A stretch of 64,000 nucleotides of DNA from Octopus sinensis. Taxonomy: Eukaryota. Numbering within the stretch: position 1 is the stretch's first letter; every line of letters begins with the position of its first letter. Location of the stretch: NCBI RefSeq assembly GCF_006345805.1, contig NC_043010.1, positions 65,038,001 through 65,102,000 of the forward strand, in the 5' to 3' direction. Shown piece after piece: positions 63,545 to 64,000 of the stretch. Under the pieces are notes generated by a model, which saw only the letters and a program-made list of their open reading frames with translations, had not been told where the DNA came from and made no database searches. The position numbers were made by a program, and so were the translations under genes.

Positions 63545-63790
63545 AAACCAACTATTGAAAGAATCTGCCACAGTGCACTACAAGATAGGTCAACAATCTG
63601 AAGTCGATTTGTTAACTGCAGACTCAAAGAGGATAAGGGAAGTACTAAATAAACAATTCTCGGGTGTCTTCTCTCCACTGGGAAACATCAAGCGCTGCAG
63701 TTCCGTCCAACTCGTCAAGCATAATACCGAAGGGAGACCCAAAACTTGTGAAAGTCTGTGCTTCAGTACGGCCCTAACCCCTGACTGAAA
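63545..63790 (+). mobile_element. CR1-type ORF2 fragment
   Basis: RIREVLNKQFSGVFS resembles the A..LN.YF.SVF motif. Confidence 0.5.
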
Positions 63791-64000
63791 ACAGTAAGAG
63801 AGTAAAAGAAAATATATATACATTCGGTTATCCCATAAATAATGCAGTTTTTTAACCTTCATTTTTTTTTAAACTTAAGATAAATAAAGTACTTTTTTAA
63901 TCTAAATTTTTCTACAATACTTTTCCATCTTGAATGACCAAAACCAAGCTGCTGTACTAGTTCCTCAACAGTTACGATGGGATTTTGTTCCGCCAGAATT

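Overview
AT-rich, microsatellite-dense eukaryotic DNA. The SINE, Penelope and mariner families look like those of Octopus or another coleoid cephalopod; this is recognised from memory, not from a search. A minus-strand gene runs from about 47.6 kb to beyond position 1. Its phase-1/1 exons encode EGF/laminin-EGF-like repeats plus an F-type (fucolectin-like) lectin domain, i.e. a MEGF10/SCARF/receptor-PTP-like ectodomain; the start codon and C-terminus were not found. An inverted, plus-strand paralogous block of EGF exons lies at 58.3-63.5 kb, past a 100-N gap. The introns are packed with Penelope-like, CR1/L2, L1/Tx1, Helitron, mariner, MITE and SINE remnants. The standout feature is a ~478-bp tandem array at 23357-25712 (about 3.5 units forward, 1.4 inverted) inside a (TA)n tract in the 17.6-kb intron that splits the lectin domain. 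It holds five complete Type I hammerhead ribozyme folds (AGGCCUG CUGAUGA AUAC-GUAA-GUAU GAA AUCA-UUG-UGAU A/CAGGUCU), one with a single stem I mismatch. It resembles a non-LTR retrozyme (candidate circular RNA) inserted with twin-priming geometry, and four of its ribozymes are sense to the host pre-mRNA. Further minimal hammerheads occur in Penelope terminal repeats, one of them downstream of a tRNA-like A/B box. Transposon boundaries are approximate. Exon and ribozyme coordinates were counted by hand.
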